NCBI GenBank assembly: GCA_002269645.1
Contig: NIVC01001505.1
Location: forward strand, 212,481 to 276,480
DNA length: 64,000 nucleotides
Direction of reading: 5' to 3'
From: Macrostomum lignano
Lineage: Eukaryota
This document shows, piece by piece, positions 1-42,497 of the stretch; position 1 is the first letter of the stretch, and the number at the start of each line of letters is the position of its first letter. The translations under genes and the position numbers were made by a program. Below the pieces are notes generated by a model. It made no database searches. It was not told the DNA's origin and saw only the letters and a program-made list of their open reading frames with translations.

Positions 1-40
1 TACAGGAGCACTTTTAATAGTAAAATTAATTTGCTTCCAG

Positions 41-199
41 CACCTCTTGCTAGTGAGGACGCCCGATGTGAGGAGTTCAGGTTTCAAGGACCGGATGAAA
101 TGCGAGGTCACTGTCCAAAGCGACGGATTCAAAAGCGAGAGCCTCTGTATTGTTTTTCTGCCAGAATCCCGAACTTCTCTGAAGAGCCTGCGACGATAA
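41..199 (+). CDS. Last IPT-domain exon of an upstream NF-kB/Rel-like paralog (gene begins before the window)
   Basis: Acceptor ttgcttccag|41 gives HLLLVRTPDVRSSGFKDRMKCEVTVQSDGFKSESLCIVFLPESRTSLKSLRR*. This is 22/40 identical to the exon at 4552 (HILLVKSPDVRHETTNDRLKAEVSVLSNGFNSKLLDIVFF), with the same phase-0 start. Confidence 0.75.
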   Translation, partial: HLLLVRTPDVRSSGFKDRMKCEVTVQSDGFKSESLCIVFLPESRTSLKSLRR

Positions 200-770
200 T
201 GATGACGTAAGCAGCTGACGTCAAGCTCTTAAATATAAGCGTTGACTTTAATTCAAGACAGTCTTTGATTATGAACATTATGACTCAAGTCTGATATTCA
301 AAGCCTCTATACATGGATCGTACATGTACAAGCGTCTATGAAAAAATGATGCATAGGATTTTGGTTTCGAATAAGCGAAGTTTATTTAGTATTTAATAAT
401 ATACTAATTTAGTATGAGTTAAATATATTGTTTCCATTGCCACTGTGTTGGTGGAAAAGGCGTTTAAACTGCCGGGTTGAAGTGGCTGGCTTTGGTGGGG
501 TACGTGAGTCAGCCTATCTAGATGTCTTGTTTGCTGCTCAGTTTTTTTCTTTTACTTTTTCCTCCACCGTACAATAGATTCGTCTGCAAGTTTTGGTTCA
601 CCTAAAAGTTTTGCTTCCAGCTACTACTTGTCGTGCTTTCTTTCTTTCCCCGCTGTTCAAAGCACAACTCCATATGTACAAACAGCCCCTGATCTGTGCA
701 TCTGTATACTGTACTGTACAGTGCTATTTCTGTCGGGAAGCTACTTTCGTGTGTACATATCGGGTGTCCG

Positions 771-1115
771 CTTTTTGCCTGTCTCTCTCTCTCTCTGTCT
801 GTCGCTCCGTACAACTTTTGTTCACGAGAATTCCCCCGGATTTACCGTGGTCCAACCACGGATTAAAATTCGTTTTACTCGTATTATTTTATTTTAGCAT
901 GGAGATGGACATTAGTGAATCGACTTTGCTGGAACCTACTTTGATGGTGTACATATGTCAGCTTTTTGTCTCTCTCTCTCTCTCTCTCTCCCCGTCTCTG
1001 TCTCTCCGTACAACTTTTGTCCACGAGAATTCCCCCGGATTTACCGTGGTCCAACCACGGATTAAAATCCGTTATATTATTATATTTTAGCATGGAGATG
1101 GACACTAGTGAATCG
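771..1115 (+). repeat. Tandem duplication of about 150 bp (771-922 and 962-1115) containing a (CT)n tract and a kB-like element
   Basis: Both copies read ctttttg..(ct)n..acaacttttgt.cacgagaattcccccggatttaccgtggtccaaccacggattaaaat..catggagatggaca.tagtgaatcg. Confidence 0.9.
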
Positions 1116-1429
1116 GATCGTTTAGGAAAATTTGTTTGTAAAGGACCACTAGGAACACTTCGTTATATTCTAGTAAGTCCTTGTTGTTTGCTTTGATAAA
1201 TAATCAATGGCCCAGTGGACAAACGTAAGTATTGCTTGCTTCTCATTCATTTTGATTTCTTGGCAAAAGTTTTCATTTAAAACTGGTTTTGAAGACGTTT
1301 TTTAATGAAGTTTTTAAATTTTTTACAGGTGTAAATCTTATGTAGCTCTGTGTAAATCTAAAAAAATTAATATTTCCAGTAAACTGTTGAAAGCTATTAA
1401 CTGAAGTTAAAAGTTGAAAGCTTTAAGTA

Positions 1430-1850
1430 ACTTGACATAGCTCCGGGCATTGGGGGCTCCGGGAGGCCGGATACAGCGGGGAGGCGTTGCAGCCCATTCT
1501 GCTGGCTCCTGGCAACCACAGGTGGTGCCGGTGCCCGCAGCGCGGTCCCCCTCTGGAGAGACCAGGAGGTGGATTGTCGCTCGCCCGGTAGCACTTGGGT
1601 AGCGGACAAGCTGGCAGAGATTCTCGGGCCTGAAAACGTCGGAGAGGTCCGGGTTTGGCCGAGGTAGGGGAGACTGTCCTGAGTAAAGACGGGGCATTCA
1701 CAGATGAAGTGCTCCGCATGCTCAACACCGGAGAGGCAGATCGCTATTCCCTGCAGATAAAGAGGCCCGGCAAAGGAGCCATGGCCTGAAAGGGCCATGG
1801 TCACCGCCCTGGTGTCCCTGTGGTTGAATCTAAAGCAGGGCCGGAGCAAA
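1430..1850 (-). mobile_element. Degenerate 3' fragment of a non-LTR retrotransposon (C-terminal zinc-knuckle region)
   Basis: RDTRAVTMALSGHGSF...[21 protein letters not shown] resembles the end of the LINE at 48114-49037 ([17 protein letters not shown]...[21 protein letters not shown]). Confidence 0.7.
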
Positions 1851-2002
1851 AAGTAATGTTTTAACTTGACTCTTGTAGATAATACAAATTGATTTTTCGG
1901 TAAGGAATCAGAAATGAAACTTACTTATTTTGGTTTAGGTTGACAAAAGACATCTAAGTTAAAAACATTAGTTAGCTGCAAGTTCCTTGTAATATGCAGA
2001 GA

Positions 2003-2022
2003 GTAAATCCCCGGAAATTCCC
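2003..2022 (+). promoter_or_regulatory. kB-type sites upstream of the Rel-like RHD exon
   Basis: 2013-2022 GGAAATTCCC is the reverse complement of GGGAATTTCC and matches GGGRNWYYCC. 2003-2012 GTAAATCCCC is one mismatch from a kB site. Confidence 0.45.
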
Positions 2023-2365
2023 TGGCCGTGCCAAAAAAGCGCTTTAAAATGAACACACAGGGACTGCACTGAGCTATTTTTAGAAACAGCGTCAGTTAGG
2101 AATCTCGTACAGCAAAAGCAGTGTTATTGCTGCTGGCCTTACATTTGCGTTTTTTCACAGAAAAGAGCAGAAAAGAAGTAGTATTCAATATATTTCTAAC
2201 TTAGTGGAAGCAGGCAGACCTGTAGTGGAAGCTGGTTCAAGAATGGAAGCCTCATCCAGAGCGCATTATAATTAGTGGATTATTTCACAAAGCTAAAAAA
2301 TTAAAATGTGAAATTAGCAAAGCGTGCATGAAAAACCACAACAACTGCTCTATGAACGTTTCTAG

Positions 2366-4716
2366 TATCAATCGACCTTTTCCGGGCCTCTCGGACCCCC
2401 CGTCAACACTGGAATTGCTGAGCACCTCTACATTGCTGAGTTGCAGCCGCCTTCGCTGACCATCGAGGAGCAGCCGGCTCTGTATCACCGATTTCGCTAC
2501 GAGTCGGAGATCGAGAAGGACAGCGGCAGAGTTGGTGGCCTGCTGCTCGGCAGGAGCTCCACCGATGGCAACAAGAGCTTCATGAGAGTTCGCGTCAGCG
2601 ACATCGACCCAGCTGTGCACTCGCAGCTGCAGCTGACTGTGTGCACCGTGAGCGCCGAGGAGAATGCTCCTCATCCGTACTACCTGCACGGAGACCACTG
2701 CAGTAACGGATATTTCCAGCTGAAGAAGCCTGTTGATGCATTGGATGGTAAAGCAGTTTGGGACATCTGGTGAGTGGCACGAGGAGCGACTGGGCCACGG
2801 GAGGGCTGGTTTCCACTGCAAAATCGTGCTCCCTGAACAGATTTCAGGGACAGGAACAGTTTTCGCCCTGAAGTTTCTAGTGTGTCCCTGCCAGAGACTC
2901 AATTGCCCGTTTTTCAGGTAGATGACCGCTGATTTAGGTAGATCAGCTGCCTATGAGCTAGATGAACCTATCTGGTAAATGGACCGCCTGGAAAGGCATC
3001 ATGCCTCTGGGGATCCTAAGCCTAGAAGTGCGTTTACCGCTTGTCGACTGGCTCTCACTTTAGCACGTTGGAGTGAGATCAAATGTTCGCTGCCCTCATG
3101 TATAATACATGTTAGGGAGTTCGTGCTGATCTGGTTGAGCTTGGAAGCCCACGGTCGACCCTGTCTGAGGGGGGGGGGTAGTTTTGCGCCCGCAAGTACA
3201 CCAAGCTGGACTGACGATGAGTCAAGCCGTGAAAATAATAAAAGTTGGTACACCCAGCCTCTTCAAGAGCACGCCAAGCTTTAGCTGCTAGCCCTATTTA
3301 ACAACAAACAGATTTCGCAAAGATCAGCTTTTTTCATTTACGCTTGGGAAATAGGATTTTACCATAGACAAACTCGTTCGAGAGAAATATTTTTTATACT
3401 GACTCGGAAACGATGAAATTTGTTGTCAGTTATAGCCTATCTACGGTCGTGAATTAGCATTTCATTGGCAATATCAGCATTAGTATATACTGTCAACCCG
3501 CCTCTACTTAAAATGAAATGTTGTTTATCTATTAGAGTGAAGAAACTATTTGCAAAGAGTCAAGGATGCCTCTATGTTCGCTACGCTCCTCGCTTTGTTC
3601 CTAAGGAGTGAAGCGAATTGAACATTGAGGCTTCCTAGGAAGAGTCGCTCCAGTTTAGTTGTACAGGGTTGCTTATAGTGATTTGCAGGCATGCTCGAAG
3701 TTTCCCACGCACTTGAATTTTTCAGCTTCGACAGGCTGTCCGTGATCTGTGTGCCAAAGAAGAACAAAGCGAGCATGGAGAAAGCCATGGAAGCCAGACT
3801 CAGGGATGTGCCGACCCCCAGCGATTGTCCTACAGGGCCGTCAGCTCAGTACACCCAGACCAACTTGGCTCAGATTCGTCTGGCATTCTCGCTCACCTAT
3901 TGCGATATTTTCTATCGAGAATGGCTGCTTAGCACAGTGTTTAGTGACAAGATCGTCAGTGACAGTGAGTTTCTGTGATACTCTGATCGACTCATGTTGT
4001 TCTGTTCATGTACAGAATGATTCCACAAATGTGTGTTTTAGAGGAAAAGAAGAACATTGACGTCATCGCGTTGAATCCGGCGGAAGCGCCAATGGATGGC
4101 GGCTGCACGATCGCCATCCACACTAAGGCCTCCACCGCAGGTCTGATCAAGGACCACTAGTAGTAGATGGACGGGGCAGTTAGTGTCTTGAAAAGTTTTA
4201 GTAGAAATGGTAGCACTATGTTCAAAGTTCCAAATGTTTTAGACCCAACGAGGGTATTTGTACGAGAATAATCTATTCTACGAAACGATCGAACGTCGCT
4301 ATTTGTTTTAGGCCAGGCACTCTCAAAATTGACTTAAAATTGCAGGTAAAATATTTTAAACTTTTTAGGAATTCAAAAAGGTCAAGTAAAAGTCCACTTC
4401 TCGTGCTTCAACGATATCAAAAGAGAGCGCGTTGTCTTCGTTAGCGACGTGCACGAACTGAGGAAGGTACGGTCAGTTTGAATAAGGTTTGGGAGTCTGC
4501 ATAAATTCTGTGCCTACTCACTTTTGATGCTTCCAACTGCTGTTCCTCCAGCACATTTTACTCGTGAAATCACCCGACGTCCGGCACGAAACTACAAATG
4601 ACCGGCTTAAGGCTGAGGTTAGCGTCCTTAGCAACGGATTCAACAGCAAACTGCTTGACATCGTTTTTTTCCGACAATCTTTTCCACCAAATCTGGGTGA
4701 GGACGCAAATATTTGA
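2366..4716 (+). CDS. NF-kB/Rel-like transcription factor (Rel homology DNA-binding domain plus IPT dimerisation domain); the 5' and 3' ends are uncertain
   Basis: Phase-consistent exons: 2366-2769, 3726-3964, 4042-4140, 4369-4466, and 4552-4696 (donor) or 4552-4716 (stop). RHD motifs: LTIEEQP..HRFRYESE, GRSSTDGNKSF, PHPYYLHGDHCSNG, FDRLSVICVPKK, NLAQIRLAF, LSTVFSDKI. IPT motifs: IDVIALNPAEAPMDGG, IQKGQVKVHF, SDVH..HILLVKSP. Confidence 0.85.
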
Positions 4717-5329
4717 CACTTTCTAAAATTCAATTCAGTAAATCAATCATTTTTTTCAATTTGCGAGTATTTAAGTTGCAGGAGTCGGGCGTTCTTTGAA
4801 GAGGCCTTTAAAGTGACTTACTTGACGCTAGAGAGACGGGTCAACTGCAGCGACTGCATTTCCATCAGCTGGCCAATGAAGCGTGTGAGTAGAAAGAAAC
4901 CTTGTCGGCCTCCAAACGTCTTATAGTTATTTGCATTTTTATATTTTCCGTGATGGTTGACTTTTTTCGTGGCATAGAAAAAATGTTTTGTTGTAGATCG
5001 CGCCTGGGTTTTTGGATCTTAGCATATCGTCAAATTGATAAACCATATTTTGATAAAGACTTTTGTTACTCAAGACTAATAACTAATTTGTTTGAATTTA
5101 TATTCTTGATCGTACTTAACTGGAGTTGAAGTTGTTTTTTATATTAATTAGTTAGTTGGTTTATATAGTTTGTTTTTTAATATTAGTCTTAATATCTGAA
5201 TATAGTATTAGAAATTACAAGTTAGACTAAATTAGTTTTTTAGTATAAATCATTAATTTATCATTTGTTTAAATTTGTACGTCTGCACGCAGGCACACGA
5301 AATTCAAGAACACGGGCTAAATTTTTTGC

Positions 5330-6001
5330 GCACCTTCTCAAACAAGAGCCAAGCCGCCAGCCCTCCGGACCGTCGAGATATTCAACGATTCTGCCGGAAG
5401 GTCGGATATTTCCCATGAGCGCCAGTGTATTCAGTACACTCCTGTGTGCCAATCAGCACTGCGCGTCAGCTCTGACTTCGTTGGTCACTGGCTTTCACCC
5501 AGGCGGAGCTTCTGGACCTTCAACAGGTGGCTTCAGAGACCTGGCAGTTGAGTTTTGCCCCGTTATTGAAGCTTAATAAAAATCTGACAGAGTTGCATCA
5601 GGATCTCCATAGTCACCTGGTGCCATCTTTTGAAGGTGCCGACGGCGTCGGGGTTATAACGAATGCTTGAGAGACCAGCTGAGGATGTCCAGCAGTTGTG
5701 ATTTGCCCATTGTCGAGGCTTCATCAGCGATACTCGAGAAATTCGCATCAGGGTGTCCATAGTCACCTGGTGCCTCCTTTTGAAGGTCCAGAAGCTCCGC
5801 GTGGGTGAAGGCCAGCTGGCCAGTGACCAACGAAGTCAGAGCTGATGCAGACACATGTAGAATTTGGAGGCCTGGCAAGACTGCACTGAAGGTGTACTGA
5901 ATACACTGGCGCTTATGGGACATATCCGACCTTCTGGCAGTATCGTTGAATATCTCGACGTTCCGGAGGCTTGGAGACTTGATTCTTGTTTGAGAAGGTG
6001 C
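5330..6001. repeat. Inverted duplication (5330-5523 vs 5780-6001) of a coding-like segment, with an inner direct repeat (5595-5637 vs 5745-5787)
   Basis: gcaccttctcaaacaag...gtcgagatattcaacgat...agcgccagtgtattcagtacac...tcagctctgacttcgttggtcactggc...ctggaccttcaa occurs on both strands. Confidence 0.85.
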
Positions 6002-6768
6002 ACAGCAAAGCATTATCAAGCATTATCAAGGGGGAGTTCCCCCTTGGTAGTTCTCGTGTTAATTAGACTAAAAAAGTATTCATTATTTTTCTGAATTATT
6101 TTTTATAGAGAGATCAAAAGAAAATCAAAAGAGCTGTAATCTTAAAGCCCTAATTCCTATAATAAATTATTTATTTCAAATGAAATCTGGAACAATTCGA
6201 CTTTTAAAGTTCAAACTCAAAAAGCTCTCCTTCTTATGTAACTTTCCTGCTCTTAAACCGCTTCCTTAATTAATTGTTGTAATAATTTGCATTGCTTTTT
6301 CTATTTTGTTGTTTCATAAGCATAGCATTACTTCTTCATGTCATTATGTCACATATGTAAAAAAATAAAAAAAATATTGTGCACAGCCAGCTGGTTTTCT
6401 ATTTTCCGAAATTAGCGCTGATTATTTAAAATTGTCAAAATTTATATTCAAACACGTTTGTTTTACTACTAAAAGTAAAATGAGCAGAAAGCAATTGTCA
6501 GAATTGAAAAGAAGAAATTTCTTAGAAGAAGTTTCGTTTCCTCAAACCGGAAATTATTGGCGTCCCAATAGGACTATACGTTGGACTGCATCAGTTTCGC
6601 GGAAAACTTCGCGGTGAATTTTTTAATTTTATATTTTTTAATTCTCGTAAAGCGCATATCTATTGGAAAAGCTTTTGGACACCGAGTGGAATGAAAATAT
6701 CTGATAACTGCATGATTAGCTATAAGCTATTGAAATGTACCAATACGAGCGTAAGTGCAGTTTGCTGA

Positions 6769-17255
<10,487 letters not shown>

Positions 17256-18105
17256 GGTTGCTCAGTTCCTGGCTCAATCAGAGATCGACTCTGTTGCAAG
17301 ATGCTGATTTTTAAGTCCTGGTTGCTGAGAGGGGGTGGTAGGGTTCGAGCTCGAGAAACTCGAGAAGACTGTTGCCAAGTCGTTTTTCGAGGCTGGATGA
17401 GGAGCCGGGATTGGCTGCTCGCGAGCTCCAGAGCTCGGTGGCGGGTGGAGGGGGGGTCCCGGATTTCAGCGCTGAAAAGCTGAGAGTCGCCTGGCCTGCG
17501 ACATTCGGCCTGCTAATCCGCCAACAAGCCGGCGTCGTTAATCTCGGGAAACCATCGCACGACGAGGATTAAAGAAAGCGAGAAAAACTCACTCCGGAAA
17601 CAGATATGGCTGCTTGAACAAGACAGTAGATTAGAAGTCGGTTGGCGTTTTATATTTGCGATGTTTGGGTAGTTTAAACGGTTTTCATAATTATTTGTTT
17701 TACTTGATTAAAAAAAGATTGCAGACACTACAGTATCTTCATTCACGTGTCAGTCGCTGCAAATATTGCATACAAATTGCTAGTTTTCAGTTTGTTTCCA
17801 GGTGCTCTTAGGACAAAGACGTGAACAAAGACCCTTGCACTACAGGACGGTTGGCGCAGGTGTACAAGTATGGGGGATTTGGCAGAAATTTTATTTTTGA
17901 TAGGAGAAAACTGCTTTTTGAGAAAAATAGCTAAAAAATTGTTTTGTCTGACAGACACAGATCGGCGCAAAGATGAATAAAATATTGAAAAATATTGGAC
18001 ACCCATGAAGTTTAACATCGATTATAACACTGACTTTTGGTTCAATGTTTCAACACGAGAGTTTTTTTCCCCCTTGCTTCGTGAAATCCTTTCGAAGGCC
18101 GCGGA

Positions 18106-38540
<20,435 letters not shown>

Positions 38541-39093
38541 TTAGCTCGAAGTTCTCTGCAGTTAGTCTCGAAGGCTGCTGAGGGGATGGAAACGAAGAAC
38601 TGCCGAACTGTTTGAGTTCGAAAGTTACTTTGAGACGGCGGAGAGAAGCGGAGAGGGGATTAAACCGAGGATCGATCGAGAGTTTTATAGGTGAGTTGGG
38701 TTTGGGGGGAGAGCAGGTGAGGACGCCGTCCCACATCCAGTTTTGCCAATTGCTGCTGCTGCTGCTGCATTGTTGCCCGAGCTCACATCGCAAGACAGAG
38801 ATTCGCCCAGTCTGGGGATTGGAGACTGGGACAGAGAATGGAACGGGGTGGCAGGAGGAGAGGATTAGGAATCTTTGCTAAAATTTGGGGATAGGAATCC
38901 CGTGTTTGCTGCGGGAAGTGGGAACACGGGAAGCAGAGGGGAGAAGGCTGGGCTCGCCGTCCATACTGTCGTCAAACCCCCCGCCCGCTTTTGTCCAGGC
39001 TTCCCCTCTCTCGCTCCTCTCCCAACCTCCGGCAGAGCAGTGGGACAGAAGGAGGTGGTGGGGGACAGAAAAGGAGGAAAACAACAGAGGCTG

Positions 39094-39107
39094 GTAGCCA
39101 TGGCAAC
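39094..39107. promoter_or_regulatory. X-box (RFX site)-like element about 550 bp upstream of the ATG at 38540
   Basis: GTAGCCATGGCAAC, one mismatch from the X-box palindrome GTTGCCATGGCAAC. Confidence 0.4.
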
Positions 39108-41068
39108 TGGAACTACATGGAAAGCAAAAAAGCAGTGGGAGCGGCTGCAATTCTGGAAACTGGGAGGAGGCGGGGCTGGCAGAGCTTGGATTAAGAATAG
39201 GCAGAGACGCGGGCCCCTCTGGGATGAGTGAGACAGGCCGAGACCTGCCGCTCTTGACTTCCTTCCCATCCATTATCTTTATTTTTCCCACGGGATGCGG
39301 GAACAATAGGCTTTGCTCGTTTCCTTCTGCATCTGCTCCAGCCGTGGGAGAGAGAGTTAAAGAGCCGACGGCAAACTTGTCGCTTGCATAGAAAAGCCTA
39401 TTTTTGAAGATGCATCGATTTCTCAGTGGGAAGCAGACTATCTACAATATCTATGCATGGTCACAGACAGAGCCGTGTGTTGAGCCTTATTTATGATTCA
39501 CTGGATGACTATCTTCGATTTAAATCTAAAGCCCCAGTGGGTGTTTGGATCTTCTGTCATTCTGTCATACGTAATTGACTTTAGCCAGCTTAGGCGCTTT
39601 GCCCTCATGCAGAGTTTAATGGCAATGTTGTTTACTGTCAAGTGCGAGGGCGACAGAGGCTGCACTGGTCACTAACGGGTAGTTGTCTGCGGCACCTCTC
39701 TAGCTAAATGTCTCGCCACAATACAAGCACGCATTTATAGCTAGTACAGGGCAGATATGCAACCATTCTGTCCCCCATGCAGCTATACGCATCCTGCATC
39801 CATCTCTAGACCCGCTTCAGGAAGCGAGCCTGAATGAAAGCGCAGCTGGCGAGCAGAAATAAAAGAAGCGCGCAAGACAATGGAGCAGAATTTTTAGCCT
39901 AGCTATTGAGCTGCTATCGATTTCCAACATTTTCTGCTTGGAAAACCGGTGTTCGCGGCTGAGTAAACACGTTCAGAATTTTCCCGGTTTGCAGGTACCA
40001 GGCGAGGCTAGAGGTAGAGGAAGATGAACGTCGATTTGTGTTTTTTTGTTCAATAAAGCCGTAGGATTCTACAAGCTTTCACGGCGAGCAGGAAAGACAA
40101 CCCACGGAGATTTTACTGCAATGCAAAATGGAAAGTCAACTTGATCAACTTGGTAGCACTTCCAGCTTAGGGTGCCAATATTCGCCCAAGGACAACTTAA
40201 GAACGACCCAAACGATGGGAGTTCAAAGAAACTACAATCCATTATGATTCTTTCTGTAAGTAAACAGGCATAAGGTTTATATGCGAGCATGTTTGCTCAC
40301 AATCTTTATACTGCAAACTAAAAGTATTTGTATATTTTGTTGAAATCATTAACTCAAATCGCTCTTAATAGTTCACTCAAATACACATCAATTTGTGAAT
40401 TGCAGTTTTCTTTTAGAGCCCTAGTTTGACCTACTCAGGAGACCTGGATGAGACGTCTCGGTGTTTCTAGCAAAATGTTTCGAGGTAATAATCTAGATTC
40501 AAGGTTGGTTCAGTCCGGAGCCTTGCTTTGGGTTAACAGGCCCATTTGTGTTTAAAAGTTCAATTTAAAATAAAGAATAACACACGTAGTTGCCAGTGCT
40601 ACTGTTTTAGCACTGAACTCGGCGATTCTCTAACACTATTAAATTTTTTCAAAGGGCGTTGTATTGTTGAGTCTAGGCCAGATCTAGTGTGTCACAGAAT
40701 CCCTTCATCCCGCTGGCCGGACTGACTGCAATAGCTGAGCGTGAGATCGCGTCGACACACTGAGCCGGTCCGTCCCTGAAACCCACAACTCGAAAGCTCC
40801 CGTAGGCAATTTGCCCAAGAAATTTAAGCGGAGGTAACTCGCTGTAATTTCTTCGCAGACTGGCAGTTTACTTCTCAGAGGAGTGAGACAGAGCGGCCGA
40901 GAGTTTGCTAGAGTTAGTATTGCGTACTTAAGAGTTGACTTGTCAAGTCAGGTTCAACAGGAGCCCTCTCCCTCGCTCTACTCCAACACATTTATATTTA
41001 GCACGCACAACCCCCACCCCAAACCTCTAGGCTTGGGGTTTAGACCCACAGCCATTTCTCGGCCGCCG

Positions 41069-41250
41069 ATTGGCCGGCACGAGCGCATACACAAGGAACA
41101 AATCACAACTTAGTAATGGGGGAGCTCAGCGGGCAGCTCAGCCAATCACACACAAAAGGGGGTGGGCCGGTACGCGTAAACTTCTTAAACTTTAGCAACC
41201 GAGTAAACTTCTTAATCTTTAGACAAAGCGGAGGGTGGCGGGCATGTGGG
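41069..41250. promoter_or_regulatory. Promoter-like cluster (CCAAT boxes and GC-box-like sequence)
   Basis: ATTGG at 41069-41073, CCAAT at 41142-41146, gggtggcggg at about 41233, and a repeated gtaaacttctta. Confidence 0.3.
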
Positions 41251-41750
41251 AAAGGTGCAATGGCGGGTGCACCCGCACTGAGAGCTGAATAGATCGCTCA
41301 ACAGTGCAAGTGCACGCCGGCACAACAGTATGAATTCTGTTTGAATTTGGTCCCACCTGTTTTCACAATATAAAAGTTTATCGAAGTTAAATTTTTCAAG
41401 TTTACGTAATTAAAAGATGTTTGAGTCGACCTAAAAATCCAGCGATGTTGTGTTGCTGTGTTGTTTTTTGCTAGCTGCAAGCTACGAGCGATATAATTCT
41501 TGCATCTATTATTAGCACCAACTCCAACGCCAGCCGAGTCTATGGCCGAAAGCCTCAGGCAAACCGATGGCTCTTTCCACCGCATCAGGAATTCAAGAGC
41601 CATGCTTCTCAACAGCCGCCTTGAGTTGTAGCAAATGACACCACAAGTTAAAGAGCCGTTTACACCTTCGGAGATCGATAGCGACACTTCGCTCTGGCGG
41701 GCATGAGCCTGCGCCGAGCAGCCACAAGGAGGCGCTAAACTCCAGGCCTC

Positions 41751-42497
41751 ATGGAACAGCAGCAGCAGCAGCAACAGCAGCTGCACAACCTGCAAGCTCT
41801 CCGAGTCATTCGGCGAAGAATTCTCGACTTAGACCTGACCGTCGCGCGCAGCCTTAACGACGTTGTTGAACGTCGCCAACTGACTGACGATCTCAGCGCC
41901 AACGACGTTCACGCCATCGTCAACACCTTCGACAACGTTGTAGCCGACTACTTCAGCCCAGAGCGGTGGCGACCGCTGCGCGAAGCGCTCGGCTCGCCGG
42001 CCTGGCCGGAGCCGGAGTGGCGGCTGGCCGTGCAGCGAGTCGACCAGGCCATTGCCGGCATTTCCGACCGCAGGCGCGCCATCCGCCGGAGCGACCTGCT
42101 GTTCGAGAAGATCGTCCTTGACGAGCTTGGCCTCCGCTGTCACCTCATCCGGCGAGCCATCGGTGGCGAGGCGGGCGGAGCTCGCGAACTGATCGAAGAG
42201 ATCGACTACTATCGACAGATCCAGCTGAGCGACCAACAGCCGCAGCCTCAGCAGCTTCTGCGGCAACATCAGCAGCAACAGCAGTGCCAACAGCAGCAGC
42301 AACTACAACTTCACCAACAGCCGCAGCCTCAGCAGCTTCTGCGGCAACATCAGCAGCAACAGCAGTGCCAACAGCAGCAGCAACTACAACTTCACCAACA
42401 GCCGCAGCCTCAGCAAGCGGCCACAGCAGCCGCAGTCGCGGCAGCAGTCAGATTCAGCGCCAAAGTGAACGTGAAGGAGTTCAGGACGCGGCCCTGA
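41751..42497 (+). CDS. Intronless hypothetical protein, 248 aa: helical N-terminal domain and Gln-rich tail with an 81-bp internal duplication
   Basis: ATG preceded by an in-frame stop, GC-rich codon usage like neighbouring exons, non-repetitive core of about 150 aa, QQPQPQQLLRQHQQQQQCQQQQQLQLH x2, ends VRFSAKVNVKEFRTRP*. Confidence 0.65.
   Translation: MEQQQQQQQQLHNLQALRVIRRRILDLDLTVARSLNDVVERRQLTDDLSANDVHAIVNTFDNVVADYFSPERWRPLREALGSPAWPEPEWRLAVQRVDQAIAGISDRRRAIRRSDLLFEKIVLDELGLRCHLIRRAIGGEAGGARELIEEIDYYRQIQLSDQQPQPQQLLRQHQQQQQCQQQQQLQLHQQPQPQQLLRQHQQQQQCQQQQQLQLHQQPQPQQAATAAAVAAAVRFSAKVNVKEFRTRP

Noticed and set aside
2285-2902. 205-aa minus-strand ORF
   Set aside because: Antisense shadow of the GC-rich RHD exon on the plus strand.
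41298-41795. Minus-strand ORF with an apparent signal peptide (MQVVQLLLLLLLLF)
   Set aside because: The Leu run is the reverse complement of the CAG polyQ of the plus-strand ORF, and the true signal-peptide exon of the big gene is at 38540-38458.
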